Part shown: one piece after another, positions 24,781 through 39,519 of the stretch | Layout: each line of letters begins with the position of its first letter | Position numbering within the stretch: position 1 is the first letter of the stretch | Source of the DNA: Carcharhinus longimanus | Taxonomy: Eukaryota | Reading direction: 5' to 3' | Length of the DNA stretch: 64,000 nt | Assembly (NCBI GenBank): GCA_030264375.1 | Contig: JASCQW010000184.1 | Span: 6,477,523 to 6,541,522 of the forward strand | Notes under the pieces: model-generated | Database searches by the model: none | Told to the model about the DNA's origin: nothing | Seen by the model: only the letters and a program-made list of their open reading frames with translations | Made by a program: the position numbers and the translations under genes

Positions 24781-27700
24781 TTTAATTAATTGCTTCTCTT
24801 TTTTTGGCTGTGCTCAGATGCTATATATTCAGCTCTAACTTGGGGACTGCATTTTAGCTATGGGTTTATTTAAAACTGCACTTCCTGCACCAAATTACTT
24901 TAAGGATTACTCAGGACTTGCTGCAGCCTGGAATTTCAGAAGATTGCATGTTGTGTTGACATGGCCTTTGAACCTGGACTTGCAGAGGAGAGTCAGTGGA
25001 ATCTTCAGCTGGAGTAAGGAATTTTAAATTTCTGTCTTTGACTTCCAACCCTTTGTTTGGAGCTTTATCCTGGTGATGTTTCCTGTGTGCCTCTATTTAT
25101 GGGGCTTCTTTTTCAGGTCAGAATGCTTTGCTGAATTTTTCTGTCTTCCAGCATTTCAGTTTGTCTCTGCATTTTAACGAGGTTCTGGGGTTTTATCCCT
25201 CTGCTGCCTCTATATTGTGGGGAGTTGGTTACATCTCAGTAGGTTTGATTAAGCCTTTGTCATTTTTAACAGGTTAACCATTACTCTTTATTAACTCTTA
25301 AAACTATTTCCAAAAATACAATAAGGGGTACAAGCTAGGATCTGTCTTCATACTTAGCTCTGCACACGCCTCTGATCAACACTACACTGACCCTAGGTGT
25401 GGGTCATTTGCTCTCTTACATCACAATGTGGATGTCACTGAATTAAATCCCACATTAACCCTATATGTATCGGACACTTACACTACATCCACTTTCACCA
25501 AACTCTTCATTGTTATATTCTTCTGAATGATCTTACAGTCTGTTTTCATAATTATTGCTAGTCTATTCTCATATCTTGGTTTCTTACATTTCATCAATCA
25601 CTTTGTCATCCTTTGTTAATTTTTAAAGTCCTCCCAATCTTCAGGTTTACTACATTTTTTGGCAACATGCGTGGCTCTTCTTTAATCCAACACTACCCTG
25701 AATTCCTTGGTTACAAAAAGTACTAGCTGACATCTGTGCAGTATCACAACATACTGTGTTCTAAAAATAATAGTTCAGATATTAACTATAACTGGCAGCA
25801 GAAAATCCTTTAGTGAAATATTAAGTATGTTGGTTTCTGTATTGTAAGTTCACCAATGAATTGACTCTGACTGAATTCTTTAAAATAGACCTGTTACAAA
25901 TGAAAGATATATAGCAGTTCAATTTATAGTTACCTTGGTATCTGAAAGGCGAACATTCAGAGGATAACACCCATAATTTTCTGCATTATTACTTGTGGCC
26001 TGTCTAAAGGCTTAATAAAGCTGACAAAAACTATGACTTACTGCCACACACAAAACGAAGGAAAGCAGTGGTTCAGTGCACGTGATAAGAAAAGGTTTAC
26101 GAGCAATTTTCCCCAGTACTTATAATGAAGCTAAATTTTCAAAGAGCTTCCATTGTGCTACCAAACATAACACATACCTATGCACTTGCACTTGATTTTT
26201 ACAATATCGATAAGAACATATTCATTCTCTCATATTTTTGTAGTCTCAGTAAGAATTAAATGCTTCTGAACCTTAAACTAGAAGAAAATAATGATGTATT
26301 AAACAGGGTACAGCTGAATTGTTTAGTGGACCCATCAATCATTTTGACTACGAAGGACTGCGGTGGATTTTTTTTAATATTGCTTCCAATCATATTTTCA
26401 TAATCATCCGTGCTCCAATGCAACCTGACCTTTCCAGCAAAATACCCTGTCAATCAAAAGGCTAAGGGGGTTTTGACCAATGTAATTAAAAGTCTGGTTT
26501 CTAGCACTTCAAAATGTCATACACGCAAACTGTTCACTGTTCCATTTTCAACAGATTCCTATACTCGTAACATAAATCATAACTTCTAACTAGTATGGAA
26601 TAGGTAGGTCATCCAATGGTGAAAGAATAGCCAGCAGGCATGAAAATAACCCAACAAAGAATAACAAATTAATATAAAAACAACTAATTAAGAAACAGAA
26701 AGGTAATAAAGCAACTCACAAAGAGGAGAAGGGAACTAATGTGCTAGAATGCAATGTTTTAAATGGTTCCAACGTACTGTTCTTCAGCATTTTGACCTCA
26801 GAGTTAATATAATTGGGAACTTGAATCTTGTTTCCACATTTGAACAACAGACCTTGGATAGCACAAGATCACAGGCTGATAAATACCCAGGTCAGGAAAT
26901 AGGTTCAAACTTTGCAAAGAGATGGGTTGTTAAGACACCACAAACCAGAGTAAAAGATTGGCATATGTACTCACTGTACTATAAATATAGCTTGTAGTAG
27001 AGAGGCAGTGACCAAATAAAAAANNNNNNNNNNNNNNNNNNNNNNNNNNNNNNNNNNNNNNNNNNNNNNNNNNNNNNNNNNNNNNNNNNNNNNNNNNNNN
27101 NNNNNNNNNNNNNNNNNNNNNNNTCAATCCCTCTACCAATAAAAGCTAACACACTGTACGCCTTCTTAACAACCCTATCAACCTGGGTGCCAACTTTCAG
27201 GGATCTATGCACGTGTACACCGAGATCTCTCTGCTCATCCAGGCTACCAAGAGTCTTTCCATTAGCCCAATACTCTGTAATCCTGTTACTCCTTACAAAG
27301 TGAATCACCTCACACTTTTCCACATTAAACTCACTCTCTGACAAGCCATTAGTACTTCTGCTGAAACAAAAATGACAATTTTTCTCAGATAGTATACTTA
27401 TTTAGCTTTGTTCCAGCTTACCACAAGTGTCAGTGGATTTGGCAAAATCCATCTAGATTCAGAGATCAATTACTGTTTCATTCACAGACTCCTCCTCTCC
27501 CATTGACAAAATCAAAAAGCAGATCTGCAACGTACAATGTTAAACCCCCAGTATGTTTAAACTTTCAATCCTAATTGAAAGAAACAATTTCAGGCAGCCA
27601 ATAACTTATGTGTGCTATACTCCAGATGAAAAATCATCAATTAAATACACTTTAAAAACAATTTAAATACTTTTGAAAGTATCAAAGATTCAAGTATGAA

Positions 27701-30346
27701 AACCCTTAATAGGCACGATCAGAGATGTTGTTGTTGCTAGCCATATTTCACAACTATAAAAACAAAGGAATAGCAACTGTGTTCAGAGATCGTTTATCCA
27801 CTGGCCGCTTGTTCAGAATACAATATGCTAGCTTCATTGAAATGTTCAAGTTTCAAGTAAGCATCTGAGCCACTTGGCAAATATACGTGGAATTATTTAA
27901 AACATCTTTTCCTCCACCCAAAGCAAGCAGTTACGAAGCTACACTGTATTTTCTGCACATGTTCATTTTTATACCAAAATAGAAAGGTGCCTACAACCAA
28001 ATAAGGTTCAAGTTGAAACCTCACAAGGTTAAGAGAGAAAAGATTGCTACAGGAGTTGGTCACAAAAGCTCATTACATAACGATCTATTTTATCAGTTAT
28101 CCCTTCCTCTTCAATATTCCTATTCTACATCTATGTCCTCTGGCAAAAGAGCAAGCAAATGATTTGCTCACAAGCTCTTTGTTCTTGATTTGAATTAGGA
28201 GATGGTAGACCACTATCCAGGATAAACTCCACATAAATCAATTCCTTCAAGAGGGGTAAAAAGGGGAAATAATTGGGAACTTGGAGGGTGGGGGGAGATC
28301 TGAAAGGAATGTCCAAGTAATCAAAGTGGCAAGATTTTCAACTGACATCCAGTGTGATGCCCATTCGCTGAGGAACAACCCATGGTTTCTGTGAATGGCC
28401 AAGTCACTTTCTTTCATATTAAATTATTGTTACAATTGCCTTAAACGGCACACCCATCTTTATGATATTTCCGTTAAAACATAGCAAATTACCATCGATC
28501 AAGTAATTGAATAGTGTCTCAGACATAATGACGAGAGTTGGTTTTACTGGTCAGACGTTATATAGATTAACAAAGGCAACTGTGAGGCACCAATCCAAAA
28601 GATGTCGAGGAGACTGAAGAATATCAAAACACTCCTGCCAAGCCTCATACACTATGTTTTGCAAACTTGTAGCTCATTCAAAATTCTGCCTGCATTCTAC
28701 CCTACACTAAGACCTACTTGCACATTACGCCTGTCCTCTCCGTTCTACATTGGCTCTCAGTCTATGCAAAGCCTCTAACCTAACTTTGTTAAGTTGTATT
28801 TATATGCTCCACTTCACAACATACATTGTTCTAATTATTTTTAATAAACATGCATGCCGTTTGAAATTTCAGAAGATACATGTTATAAGTGTTAAGTGAA
28901 TGAGGATTTCAATGGTTCCTGCAAGTGAAAGTTGCCATAACTTCAATATCCAGTCCACAAACGTATATAACACAAAGTAAACCACTTGTCCCCACATTTT
29001 AAAATAACTCGATCATTTCCTAACAGGATGAAACACATCTGGAGGATCCTTTGAAAGTATGCAATGCGTCACACAAACCTGCCAGAGTTTCTACAAGTTT
29101 GGCTAGAATTTATTTCTAAACCATCTCATTATACAAGCTTCACCTCTTCAAAGCTATTCTCATAGTTGACTTTTCATTTTTGTAAAAAAAAGTGCACAGA
29201 ATTCTGAACTAGAATTAGACTAAATTCTTGGTGATGGCAAGTTATTCTTCTTGGAACAAGCCAGTTCATTTGTAGACATATGCCAACAAAACCATTCAAG
29301 AGACTTTGCTGCACTTCTTCTGAAAACTAGCTTTCAGAGGTTTAAAACATCTTAGAAACAATTTATCCACATTACTAAACAGTTCAAAAATAAGTTTACC
29401 CCTTGCTGGTGGTGTTTACCAGAAAAATCTGCAGCAAATATTCTCCTGTATTTGGAATGAAAGGATCTGCCTTTGGCTCAGCACTTATCCCTCCCAATTG
29501 TATGGTCACGATCAAAAACTCTATCAGTTAAATATTAAGAGGTGGCTGACTGGACCTCGCATTTGCATAGGACAGTATGCAATCCAACATTAAGAAAAGC
29601 CTTTAATGCTGGTGGAAATCAGTCAGCACCTGCAGTTGGCTGGGACCTGAGATTTAAGATCAATGTTTCAGTCAGGAACCAATAGTCACTCAAAAAGAAA
29701 TTATGTGGACTTGACAGTAATTTCACAATTCACTCTGAAAGCAACCTGTCGACACCCCTTTTGTTAGTCATCATATCTCCAACCACACCATCTCCAGCTG
29801 TTCCTTTGTAATCAGGGTTTTGCTATTTTTGCAGTATCTGGAACCTGTCAATCCTTAACCAAGAAAGTCCATTTCAAATGAGAATAATCCTTTTAGCAAC
29901 ATTTTAATTTTAGCTTCTACAATTAGACAACAAATTGTGTATCAATTGATTACAGAATAAGAATGATAAAAATACAATTTAGATATAGGTATCATACCAA
30001 AGACCAATTTCAACATTTACTTTGCTACAATCAGAACAATCCTGAGTACTGCATTGTTAGCTTTATAGCCAAACAGTAAAATCCATGATGGTGAGAACAT
30101 GACTGAATATCTGGAGAAGTGGAGCAAAATACTGGAAGATGGGTATGAAGAAGAGTAGACCAAACAATCTGAGCCTGCAGAAGAGGATCAGAATGCAGTG
30201 GAGTGTTGTGAATAGAAAAGAAATACTGAAACTGAAAGGAAGAATCCATAAGACAGTTGTGAAACCAGCCTAATGACATTAGCAATTGGAAGAAGGATGG
30301 GTGACTGACAAGGGTAATCAAGCAGCATTATTGCAACCCCAATTAC

Positions 30347-30642
30347 TGGGATGGCACAGTGGTTAGCACCTGGTTCGATTCCCGGCTTGTGTCACTGTCT
30401 GTGTGGAATTTGCACATTCTCCATGTGTCTGCATGGGTTTCCTCCGGGTGCTCCGGTTTTGCCCCACAGTCCAAAGATGTGCGGGTTAGGTGCATTGGCC
30501 ATGCTAAATTGCCCCTTAGTGTCTGGTTGCGTAGGTTAGAGGGATTAATATATGAGATGACGGGGATAGGCCCTGAGTGGGATTGTTGGTGGTGCGGACT
30601 CGATGGGCTGAATCGCTTCCTTCTGCACTATAGGGATTCTAT
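30347..30642 (+). mobile_element. HE1-type SINE
   Basis: A and B boxes, V-domain and tail. Confidence 0.9.
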
Positions 30643-30784
30643 ATTAAATTAAGCTAAAAAGTGAAATCTAGAAAAAAAACTGAAATGATTGCATTATTAA
30701 TATGCTTACAGCTTTCAATATGGTGGTCATTTGCTTTAAAGAATAACCTGTAGAATACAGTAATAACATTTTGTCAAAACCTGC

Positions 30785-32560
30785 AGTTAAGATAACCAAG
30801 CAATAGCCACATCATTGATGCAACACTGAGGAAGGACTTTAGCCTGGAGGATGTGGAATGGGCTGCAGAACACCAAAGGACAAAATAAACTCCAGTGGGA
30901 GTTGTGTTCAGACCACCAAACAGTAGTAGAGGGGTTGGGGATAGCATCAAGCAGGAAATTAGAGATGCGTGCAGCAAGGGTACAGCAGTTATCATGGGTG
31001 ACTTCAATCTGCACATGATTGGGCTCACCAAACTGGTAGCAATGCGATGGAGGAGGATTTCTTGAAATGTATAAAGGATGGTTTTCTCAACCAATACGTT
31101 GAGGAACCAACCAAAGAGCAGGCCACCCTAGACTGGGTATTGTGTAATGAGAGAGGATTAATTAGCAACCTTGTGATGTGAGATCATTTGGTGAAGAGTG
31201 ACCATAACACGGTTGAATTCTTCATTAAGACGGAGAGTGACAGTTAAGTCTGAGACTTACGGTCCTGAACTTGAGGAAAGCTAACTTTGATGGTATGAGA
31301 CATGCATTGGCTAGGATAAGCTGGTAAAGGATACTTGAGGGGTTGACAGTAGATAGGCAATGGCAAACATTTAAAGAACACATGGATGAACTTCAACAAG
31401 GTGTCTGGTCTGAGAGTAAAATGGGGAAGGTGGCTAATCCATGGCTAACAAGAAAAATCAAAGATAGTATTAAAGCCAAAAAGGAGGCATATAAATTGGC
31501 CCAAAAAAGCTGCAAACCTAAGGACAGGGAGAAATTTAAAATCCAGAGGACAAAGGGTTTAATTTGGGAGGGGAAAATATAATACAAGAGTAGGCTTGCA
31601 GAAAACATAAAAACTGACTGGAAAAGCTTTTATAGATATGTGAAGAAAAATGCTGGTATCTTGGAGCTAGAATCAGGTGAATTCATAATGGACAAAGAGA
31701 TGGCAGAGCAGCTGAACACTTTGGATCTGTCTTCACTAAGGGGGACACAAATAATCTTCCAGAAATACTAGGGAACAAAAGGTCTAGCATGGAGGAACTA
31801 AAAGAAATCCTTATGAGTCAGGAAATTGTATTGGGGAAATTGCTGGGATTAAAACCCAATAAGTCCCCAGGGTCTGATGCTCTGCATCCTAGAGTACTCA
31901 ATGAAGTGGCCCTAGAAATAGTGGACACATTGCTGGAAAATGATCACCATTCTATAGACTCTGGAAGAATTCCAGTGGATTGGAGGATAGCGAATATAAA
32001 CCCCACTTTTTTAACGAAGGAAGGAGAGAGAAAACCGGGAATTATAGATCAGTTAGCCTGACATTGGTGAAGAGGAAAATGCTGGAGTCAATTATTAAGG
32101 ACACAATAACAAAGCATTTGGAAAGCGGTGACAGGATCAGTCCAAGTCAGCATGGATTCACGAAAGGGAAATCGTGCTTGACAAATTTCACGGAATTTTG
32201 TTTGAGGATGTGACCACTAGAGTGGACAAGAGTGAACCAGGGGATGTTGTGTATCTGGACTTTCAAAAGGCTTTTGACAAGGTCCCACACAAGACATTAG
32301 TGAGCAAAATTAAAGTTCATGGTACCGAGGGCAACATATTGATGTGGATAGAGAACTGGTTGGCAGACAGGAAGCAGAGACTGGGAATAAACAGGTCCTT
32401 TTCAGAGTGGCAGGCAGTGACTAGTGAGGTACCATAGGGTTCAGTGCTGGGACCCCAGCTATTCACAATATACATTAATGATTTGGACCAAGAATTTGAA
32501 TGCAACAACTCCAAATTTGTAGATGACACTAAGCTGGATGGCAGTTTGTGCTGTGAAGAG
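30785..32560 (+). mobile_element. CR1/HER1 LINE ORF2 fragment (APE endonuclease to RT), frameshifted
   Basis: VIMGDFN, KSPGSDALHPRVL, NYRSVSLT, SQHGFTKGKSCLTN, YLDFQKAFDKVPH, SKFVDDTKL motifs. Confidence 0.95.
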
Positions 32561-33737
32561 GGTGCATTGATTTTTGATTCATTTATCCCTGCCCATTATG
32601 TTAAAGAAAGCAAGGACTTACACTGCTAGAGCACCTTTCACAAACCAGCAGGATGCTCAGTTCTATCCGCCTTCATCCACTGGAACAGTCGATTTAAAGT
32701 TGACCTGGGAGCGCCAGCAACCCAAGTGTTCCTAGGTATAAATACATTTTGTTTCTCTTCTGTTACCAGTTGTGATGATTACATCAACATAATTGTACAA
32801 GTGGGTCTTTTTCTGACCTTAGATTGCCAAAAGATTTCTCCTGTGTTTTTGTTATAAGTGACTCTGGTTTAATTGAATTAACTTATTTTGTTAAGCAGGG
32901 TATCAACCCCTGAGCCCGATCGTGCTGGTTGAGATTGTCAATGCAGCTGATGTTGGAGGTTCTTCTGGAGGCTCCCAATTCAGATCTGCTCACTCATGTT
33001 TCCTGCTTCACTCCCTGCCCAGCATCCCCCCGCCCTTTGCTAGTAAAAGCTACAATTGATGGCCAAAATGCCAGTGAGATGGAGCTAATGTGCCTGTGAC
33101 CACTACAACACACACATATACATTAGTCACTGTGTCATGCTGCTAGCAGTGTCTGACTCTCAGCTCTAAAGATCACAGGGGTGGGGCGGTTTTGGTTTGG
33201 ATGTACCCGATTGTAGAGGAAGAGGATTCCGCCCAGAACATTGCTGGCCATTGCTGTAAAGAGTTCTTCCATGATCAGAGAAGCTGGCCAGTTCCTGTCT
33301 GTCGTGCCCCTGTAGGCTTTGTTTGCACCCTTGACATTTCCCATTTGTCTTAGCATCTGCTTAACTGCGGAGATCCTAATCATTTTCCACTGCTTACTGT
33401 GTTTGCCTCCACTTTCTTTTCCTTAAACTGAAAAGCAGCTGAATGGAAAAGCTATTAGGGTTTAAGTTTATTTATTGGCATCACAAATAGACCTACATTA
33501 ATGCTACCATGAAGTTACTGTGAAAATCCCCTAGTCGCTGCACTCTGGCACCTGTTTGGGTAATGATGTGGGTATGCCGGCGTTGGACTGGCGTAAACAC
33601 AGTAAAAAGTCTGACAACACCAGGTTTTAGTCCAACNNNNNNNNNNNNNNNNNNNNNNNNNNNNNNNNNNNNNNNNNNNNNNNNNNNNNNNNNNNNNNNN
33701 NNNNNNNNNNNNNNNNNNNNNNNNNNNNNNNNNNNNT

Positions 33738-34590
33738 GATCTTATTGAATGGCGGGGCAGGCTCGAAGGGCCAGATGGCCTACTCCTGCTCCTATTTCTT
33801 ATGTTCTTATTGTTCTTATAAATGTGAGGTTATTCACTTTGGTGGCAAAAACAGGAAGGAAGATTATTATCTGAATGGTGGCAGTTTCGGAAAAGGGCAA
33901 GTGCAACGTGACCTGGGTGTCATGGTGGAACAGTCACTGAAGGCTGGTATGCAGGTACAGCAGGCAATGAGGAAAGCTAATGGCATGCTGACCTTCACAG
34001 CAAGAGGATCTGAGTTTGGCAGTAAAGATGTCTTGCTGCAGTTATACAGGGCCTTGGTGAGGCCATACCTTGAGTACTGTGTGTAGTTTTGGTCTTCTAG
34101 TCTGACGAAGGACATACTTGCTATTGAGTCCAGCAAAGGTTCGCCAGACTGATTCCTGGAATGGCAGGACTGACATATGGAGAGAGACTGGATCGACTGG
34201 GCTTGTACTCACTGAAATTTAGCAGAGTGAGATGGGACCTCATATAAACATATAAAATCCTGGTGGGATTGGACAGGCTAGATGTGGAAAGAATGTTCCT
34301 GATGTGTCACACTCTAAGAGTAACGGATAAGCCATTCAGGACTGAGATGAAGAACTTCTTCATTCAGCGAGTTGTGAACCTATGGAATTCTCTACCACAG
34401 AAAGATTTGGGGCCAGTTCGTTAAATATGTTCAAGAGGGAGCTGGACGTGGCCCTTGTGACTAAAGAGATCAAGGGAGTATGGGGAGAAAGTGGGAGTGG
34501 GATACTGAAAGTGCATGATCAGCCATATTGAATGGTAGTGCAGACTCGAGGGACTGAATGGCCTCCTGCACCTATTTTCTACATCTCTGT
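33738..34590 (+). mobile_element. CR1/HER1 LINE 3' part, preceded by a younger CR1 tail
   Basis: KCEVIHFGGKN..QRDLGV..LYRALVRPYLEYCV and the 3' UTR. Confidence 0.9.
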
Positions 34591-35044
34591 TTTTTTATAT
34601 CAATCGAGAAGCTTGCCCTAAAAGGGAATTCAAGAAATTAAATGGCAAAATCCAGAGAAATTTGTTCTCAGGCAGAACTTGCTGGCCATCAAAAAAATTA
34701 AGAATGCTAATATGCAACAGATGAGCCAACATCTGCTGAAGAAAAAAGATTAACTATTTTATCAGAAAACAAAAATAGTATTTTTCCTTTATGCTCACTG
34801 ACCTGCTTTGCATTTCAGAATTACAACAGTGTAGGAGGTGGGCATTCGGCCTTTCAAGCCTGCACCTATGAGAATCCCACCCTGTATCCCCGCGCATATA
34901 CTCTGCTAACCCCCTTCTAAAACATACATATTTCAATTGTATCCAAAAACTTTCCAGTGGATAATCGTTTGAAACATTTCCCATTCCCAAAGCAAAAAAA
35001 ATTAATACAATATAGAAGAACTTATTCCATCATTAAGGAGGCAG

Positions 35045-35430
35045 CTACAAACACCTAACATTTTTATATAGCTTTTTCTATAACCTCAGGAGAGCCCAAA
35101 GCACTTTACAGCCAATCACGTACTTTTGAAGTATAATCACTGGTGTAACATAGCAAATGTAGAAAATTTGCACTCAGCAGATTCCAAAGCACAAATGAAG
35201 TAAATCACCGGTTTCAGGTACTTGCTGAAGGACAAATGTGGCCCAGGACACTTCCTACTCTTCAGCAAATAGTGTTAAGATCTTTTACTTTTACTCAAAA
35301 GGACAGATAGGGCTTTAATTTCTCATCGAAAAATGCCAGCACCAACAGTGCAACATTCCCAGCATAGATTAGATGCTCAAGTCTCAGGAGTAGGGCTTGA
35401 ACCCATGACCTTCTGATTCTAATAAGAGCG
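35045..35430 (-). mobile_element. DeuSINE (SacSINE1-like)
   Basis: Shares body (gcactttacagccaat..ttgaagt..ggcccaggacac) and tRNA head (gggcttgaacccatgaccttctga) with the copies at 46446 and 60690. Confidence 0.65.
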
Positions 35431-35974
35431 CTTCATGAAGTTATAAATATGCATTGTTACAATTAGGTGAGGAGGGGTCAGATGGCTCCCCTTCTTTTCC
35501 TCTCCTCATTTGACCATAAAATCTCAGCCCCTATTAGTTCAATTTGGGTTTTCAGTCAGTGGATTATTTGGCAGGAAGCATTTTTTCATTACAGTATGCA
35601 GTTACTGCAGTTATGCCTACCCTGCATATGGATTCAACTTTGTGTGTGCCCACATACATGAACGTTTCTGACCCTGTTTATCAGTTTTGAAACATTACCA
35701 ACCCTACTTCTAAAGGACCACAAAATGTTAAAAGAATCAACTCAGGAAAAGCAATAACCAAGTGGTTAACTATTGTAAAAACAAGGAAACTGGATATTAT
35801 CACTACCCTGGGCATGTCAGCATAGGATATCCAAAAACAAACTAATTCTAAACACTGTGAAGCCCTTTCCATCCAATACTTGCCTCAGTTATTTGAGAAT
35901 TATGTGCTTAACATGCCTCCTCCACTACCCCCTCCCTATCCCTGTGTGTCTAGGAATGACAGACTATATGGCCC

Positions 35975-36475
35975 CTACAGCCATAGTAGTATTGTCACTG
36001 GACTAGTAATCCAGAGATCCAGGGTATTGGGACCCATGTTCAAATCCCACCATAGCAGATAGTGGAATTTGAATTCAATAAAAATCTGGAATTCTCCAGA
36101 CCACCATCTAATGATGGCTGTGAAACTATTGTCAAAACCTATCTGGTTCACTAACGTTCTTTAGNNNNNNNNNNNNNNNNNNNNNNNNNNNNNNNNNNNN
36201 NNNNNNNNNNNNNNNNNNNNNNNNNNNNNNNNNNNNNNNNNNNNNNNNNNNNNNNNNNNNNNNNCCCAGCACCGACCCCTGGGGCACTCCACTAGTCACC
36301 ATCCGCCAATCCGAATAGCACCCGTTGACCCCCACTCTCTGACTCCACAGCAATATGGTTGATTCTTAAACGTTCTCTGAAATGGCTCAGCAAACTACTC
36401 AATTCAAGGGCAATTAGGGATGGACAACAAATGCTGGCCATGCCTGCAAGACCCACAACACATGAAAGTATAAAA
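35975..36475 (+). mobile_element. tRNA-derived SINE with a tail shared with the CR1 at 43278-43975 (gap and CR1 piece inside)
   Basis: B box gttcaaatccc. The tail gggcaattagggatggacaacaaatgctggcc matches the LINE 3' end at about 43905-43975. Confidence 0.7.
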
Positions 36476-39400
36476 CAAACTAATGTGTGTAGATTATAGC
36501 TGTGGTCTGTCACTGCCCTTTTTCACAGTGAATGGTGATATTTTTAAACAGCCACTATCCATGATCTTGGAATAAGCACATTTTTATTAAGTTTGGCAAA
36601 TTCACAGCTGCATGAACTTTGGAGACACGCTCTCACTCAGATAAACTCAGACATCCACATCTAATACAAGATATATGCTTGCATATTTCAGCCATTGCAA
36701 AACACCAGAAGATTACAATCTCCATTTTCAAGGCTTTTTGTATAGACATTTGACTATTGAATTTATAGTTCCAAAAACCCTTTCATTACAAAACTTAGAA
36801 GAAAGGACATAGCATATGCCAAAGCATCTTTTCCCCCATTCCTTGGTAAACAGAAAAATCATCATAAGGTGCATCTTTCCAGAGGAAACTTCAGAGGCAA
36901 TACCATAGGAAATCCGAAGCATCAATTAAGTTCCACTTATTCAAAATATCTGTGTGACCTCTGTGCTATAACAATTGAACAGTAGACACTCAACTGCTAA
37001 AAATATTTTCCCACTTAAAAAGTTTAAGCAACTTTTCAAAGGAATTAAGCTGAACTTCACACTTCAATAAAGAATGACAGTCTTGAGTTGCAGCAGTTAT
37101 TTTCAGGCCCTGCAGCTTTGCAAATTTCCACTGGACTATCTCAATACATGATAATGATCAGAAACTGCATTACTTTGCTAAATGCTGCATACATTTATGT
37201 ATTATTCATGTTGTACCCCCAATGACAACATTTATCAATAATGAAATAACCAGCAGCTTGCTTCCCACAAGTGAAGCCTCAGTGTTAATCACTTAAAAAT
37301 ATTTAAATATAAACAAGGCTATTAGATAGAAGTTTCATTTCCTCCATCGCCCAATGTATGATGAAGAGCTACACCTTCACTATTGTACTTTACTGAAATT
37401 CTCATGACAATACCGTTCTAATTGAAAGCAAATATCAGTGTGCCTAGAGTCGTTTCCAATGATCATAAGACAGAACATAGAGATCAGTTCAAAGTCTAAC
37501 AATCAAACACAGAGTCCAAACAATCTAAAAGTCCTTCAGCAGTTTTGATGCAGACAACTGCACTAGAATTCCATACGGGAAAACAAAGTGGATCACAACT
37601 TAAGCAATGTTTGAAGATAATTTTTATTCAAACAGTCAGTGTAATCATGTAACTGCTGAAAAGTCAAGCTAAGCTTGTTTGTCCAAAGATATCAAATCAG
37701 AAAATAGTGGGGAATGGAAACTGAAACTAATTAGTGCAGGAGAGAGAGCTCAGATAACAGCGAGTTACATATTTTATGCTTCGGGTATAATCACAAGACT
37801 AAATAGATCGAAAATCTAAAGCCGATGGAATGAATAGTAATATATCTGAATCATATAAATAAGAAAAATTTTAAATTCACTCCAATGTTTAAGCTAATTA
37901 AATGATTAACTTTTGATAAGTGACTAAAAGTCAAAGAGTTAGATATTGAGGAGTGTCATAAAGGAGAAGGGAGGTAGAGGGGTTTAGGAAAGCAATCCAA
38001 AGCTCAGAGCCAAAGACACAGCAATCAAGCAATGAAGTAGTAAAGAAAGGGTGGGTGAAAAAGAGAACAGAATTAGGGGAACAAAATTCTTGGGAGTGTT
38101 GTACAGCACAAAGGAAGATACAGAGATAAGTTGGGATGAGGACTTTGAAGGATTTGAACACAAGGATGAGAATTTTAAAATTAAGGCAGTGGTGACCTGG
38201 AAGCTAACACAGATCAGAGGATACAGAGGTAATGTATAAACAGGACTTGTTGCATGTCAGGATAACAAACTGAGCTTTGGATAGGTTCAAAATTAGGGCA
38301 GTCTGGCCAGAAGAACATTGAAATAGTTGAATCTGCAAGTACAAAAGCACGGATGAGCATCTTGTTCATAGCTGCTCCATTTTAATATCATAATACACCA
38401 ATTCTAATTTAAGTTAAAATTAAATCACAGTAGTGTTAACTACACAGCAACAAAAAGCCAGTATATAGGAACTAAAAATAAGCAGCCAGACATATACCAC
38501 ATTTGAGTACTGAAATGGGTTACCCTCCAAATTTAGTTGGAAAGTACAACCCTGGTGGATAATTTAAAAGGTTTTTCAGCAGAAAGATGCAACATCACCT
38601 GTGTTATCAAAACACTAGGCTTTCTAAGACAAACATTTCGTCTCAAGTTATGTAATTAGGGCCTCAGATGTGGTGCAATCTCAAATATAAATTCCAGCAG
38701 TGCCAACACATTTAGGAGTTATAAAATCTGGGTTAGAGTTAAGCGTGGCTAAGTAATAATCAGAACAGGAAGCATTTGCTATCTTCAACAACCAGAATTT
38801 GAATGGCAATTTCTATGCCTTGGAGCATCAAAAGTTATTTATAGTCTAAATACTTGAAAGCAAAAACAATCAAATAGACATCTTGGTGTGACAGAGGGTG
38901 TAATTGCAGTAACAAACCTAATGTCTGCTGATACAGGTGTTCAGCTGGGTTTTGAAGAACTATACATTTTCAAGAAAGAATACCATGGGCAATAGTAACT
39001 TCAATCCAGAAAAATCAGAGAAAGAAACGATTTGTTAAAATATTTACCACTTTGCTACAGAAAAACATTCAAGCCATCAAAACTCTTTGCTGGTAAAATC
39101 TCATTTGGGTATTTTATCAGGTGATCTCATTTGCAGTCAATTGCCACCAAACTCAGCAAGGAGACAAATTTCGGGCCTTACAGTTTACTTCACTGTGAGT
39201 ACCAGAATGCAGGGTAGATGCTGATTCTCACCAAATTCGATGATAGCCAGTTGGAGATAGACTATTTAGATATAAAATCCAGTTGATATTTTCCAGCAGA
39301 GCCCTAATAGCAAGCTGTTGAACGACTAAAATGACAATCGTCTTCTCTTTGATTGTCAGAAGATAAATAAAAAAGCCATGGGAACATTCAAGATTGAAAG

Positions 39401-39519
39401 CACCTTCCACAAGTCTCTTCAAATGGTAAATTTCCCAATAGTTTATGGCCTTTTACCTCTTCTGAAGAAGCTGCTTTAAAAAAAGAATCAGGGTCCGATT
39501 TATACACACATATAGATAT

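Noticed and set aside
25934-26453. Minus-strand ORF with a nearby acceptor and donors; CACGTGATAAG motif near 26080
   Set aside because: No family similarity and no ATG in frame with the downstream exon. Isolated short motifs are expected by chance.
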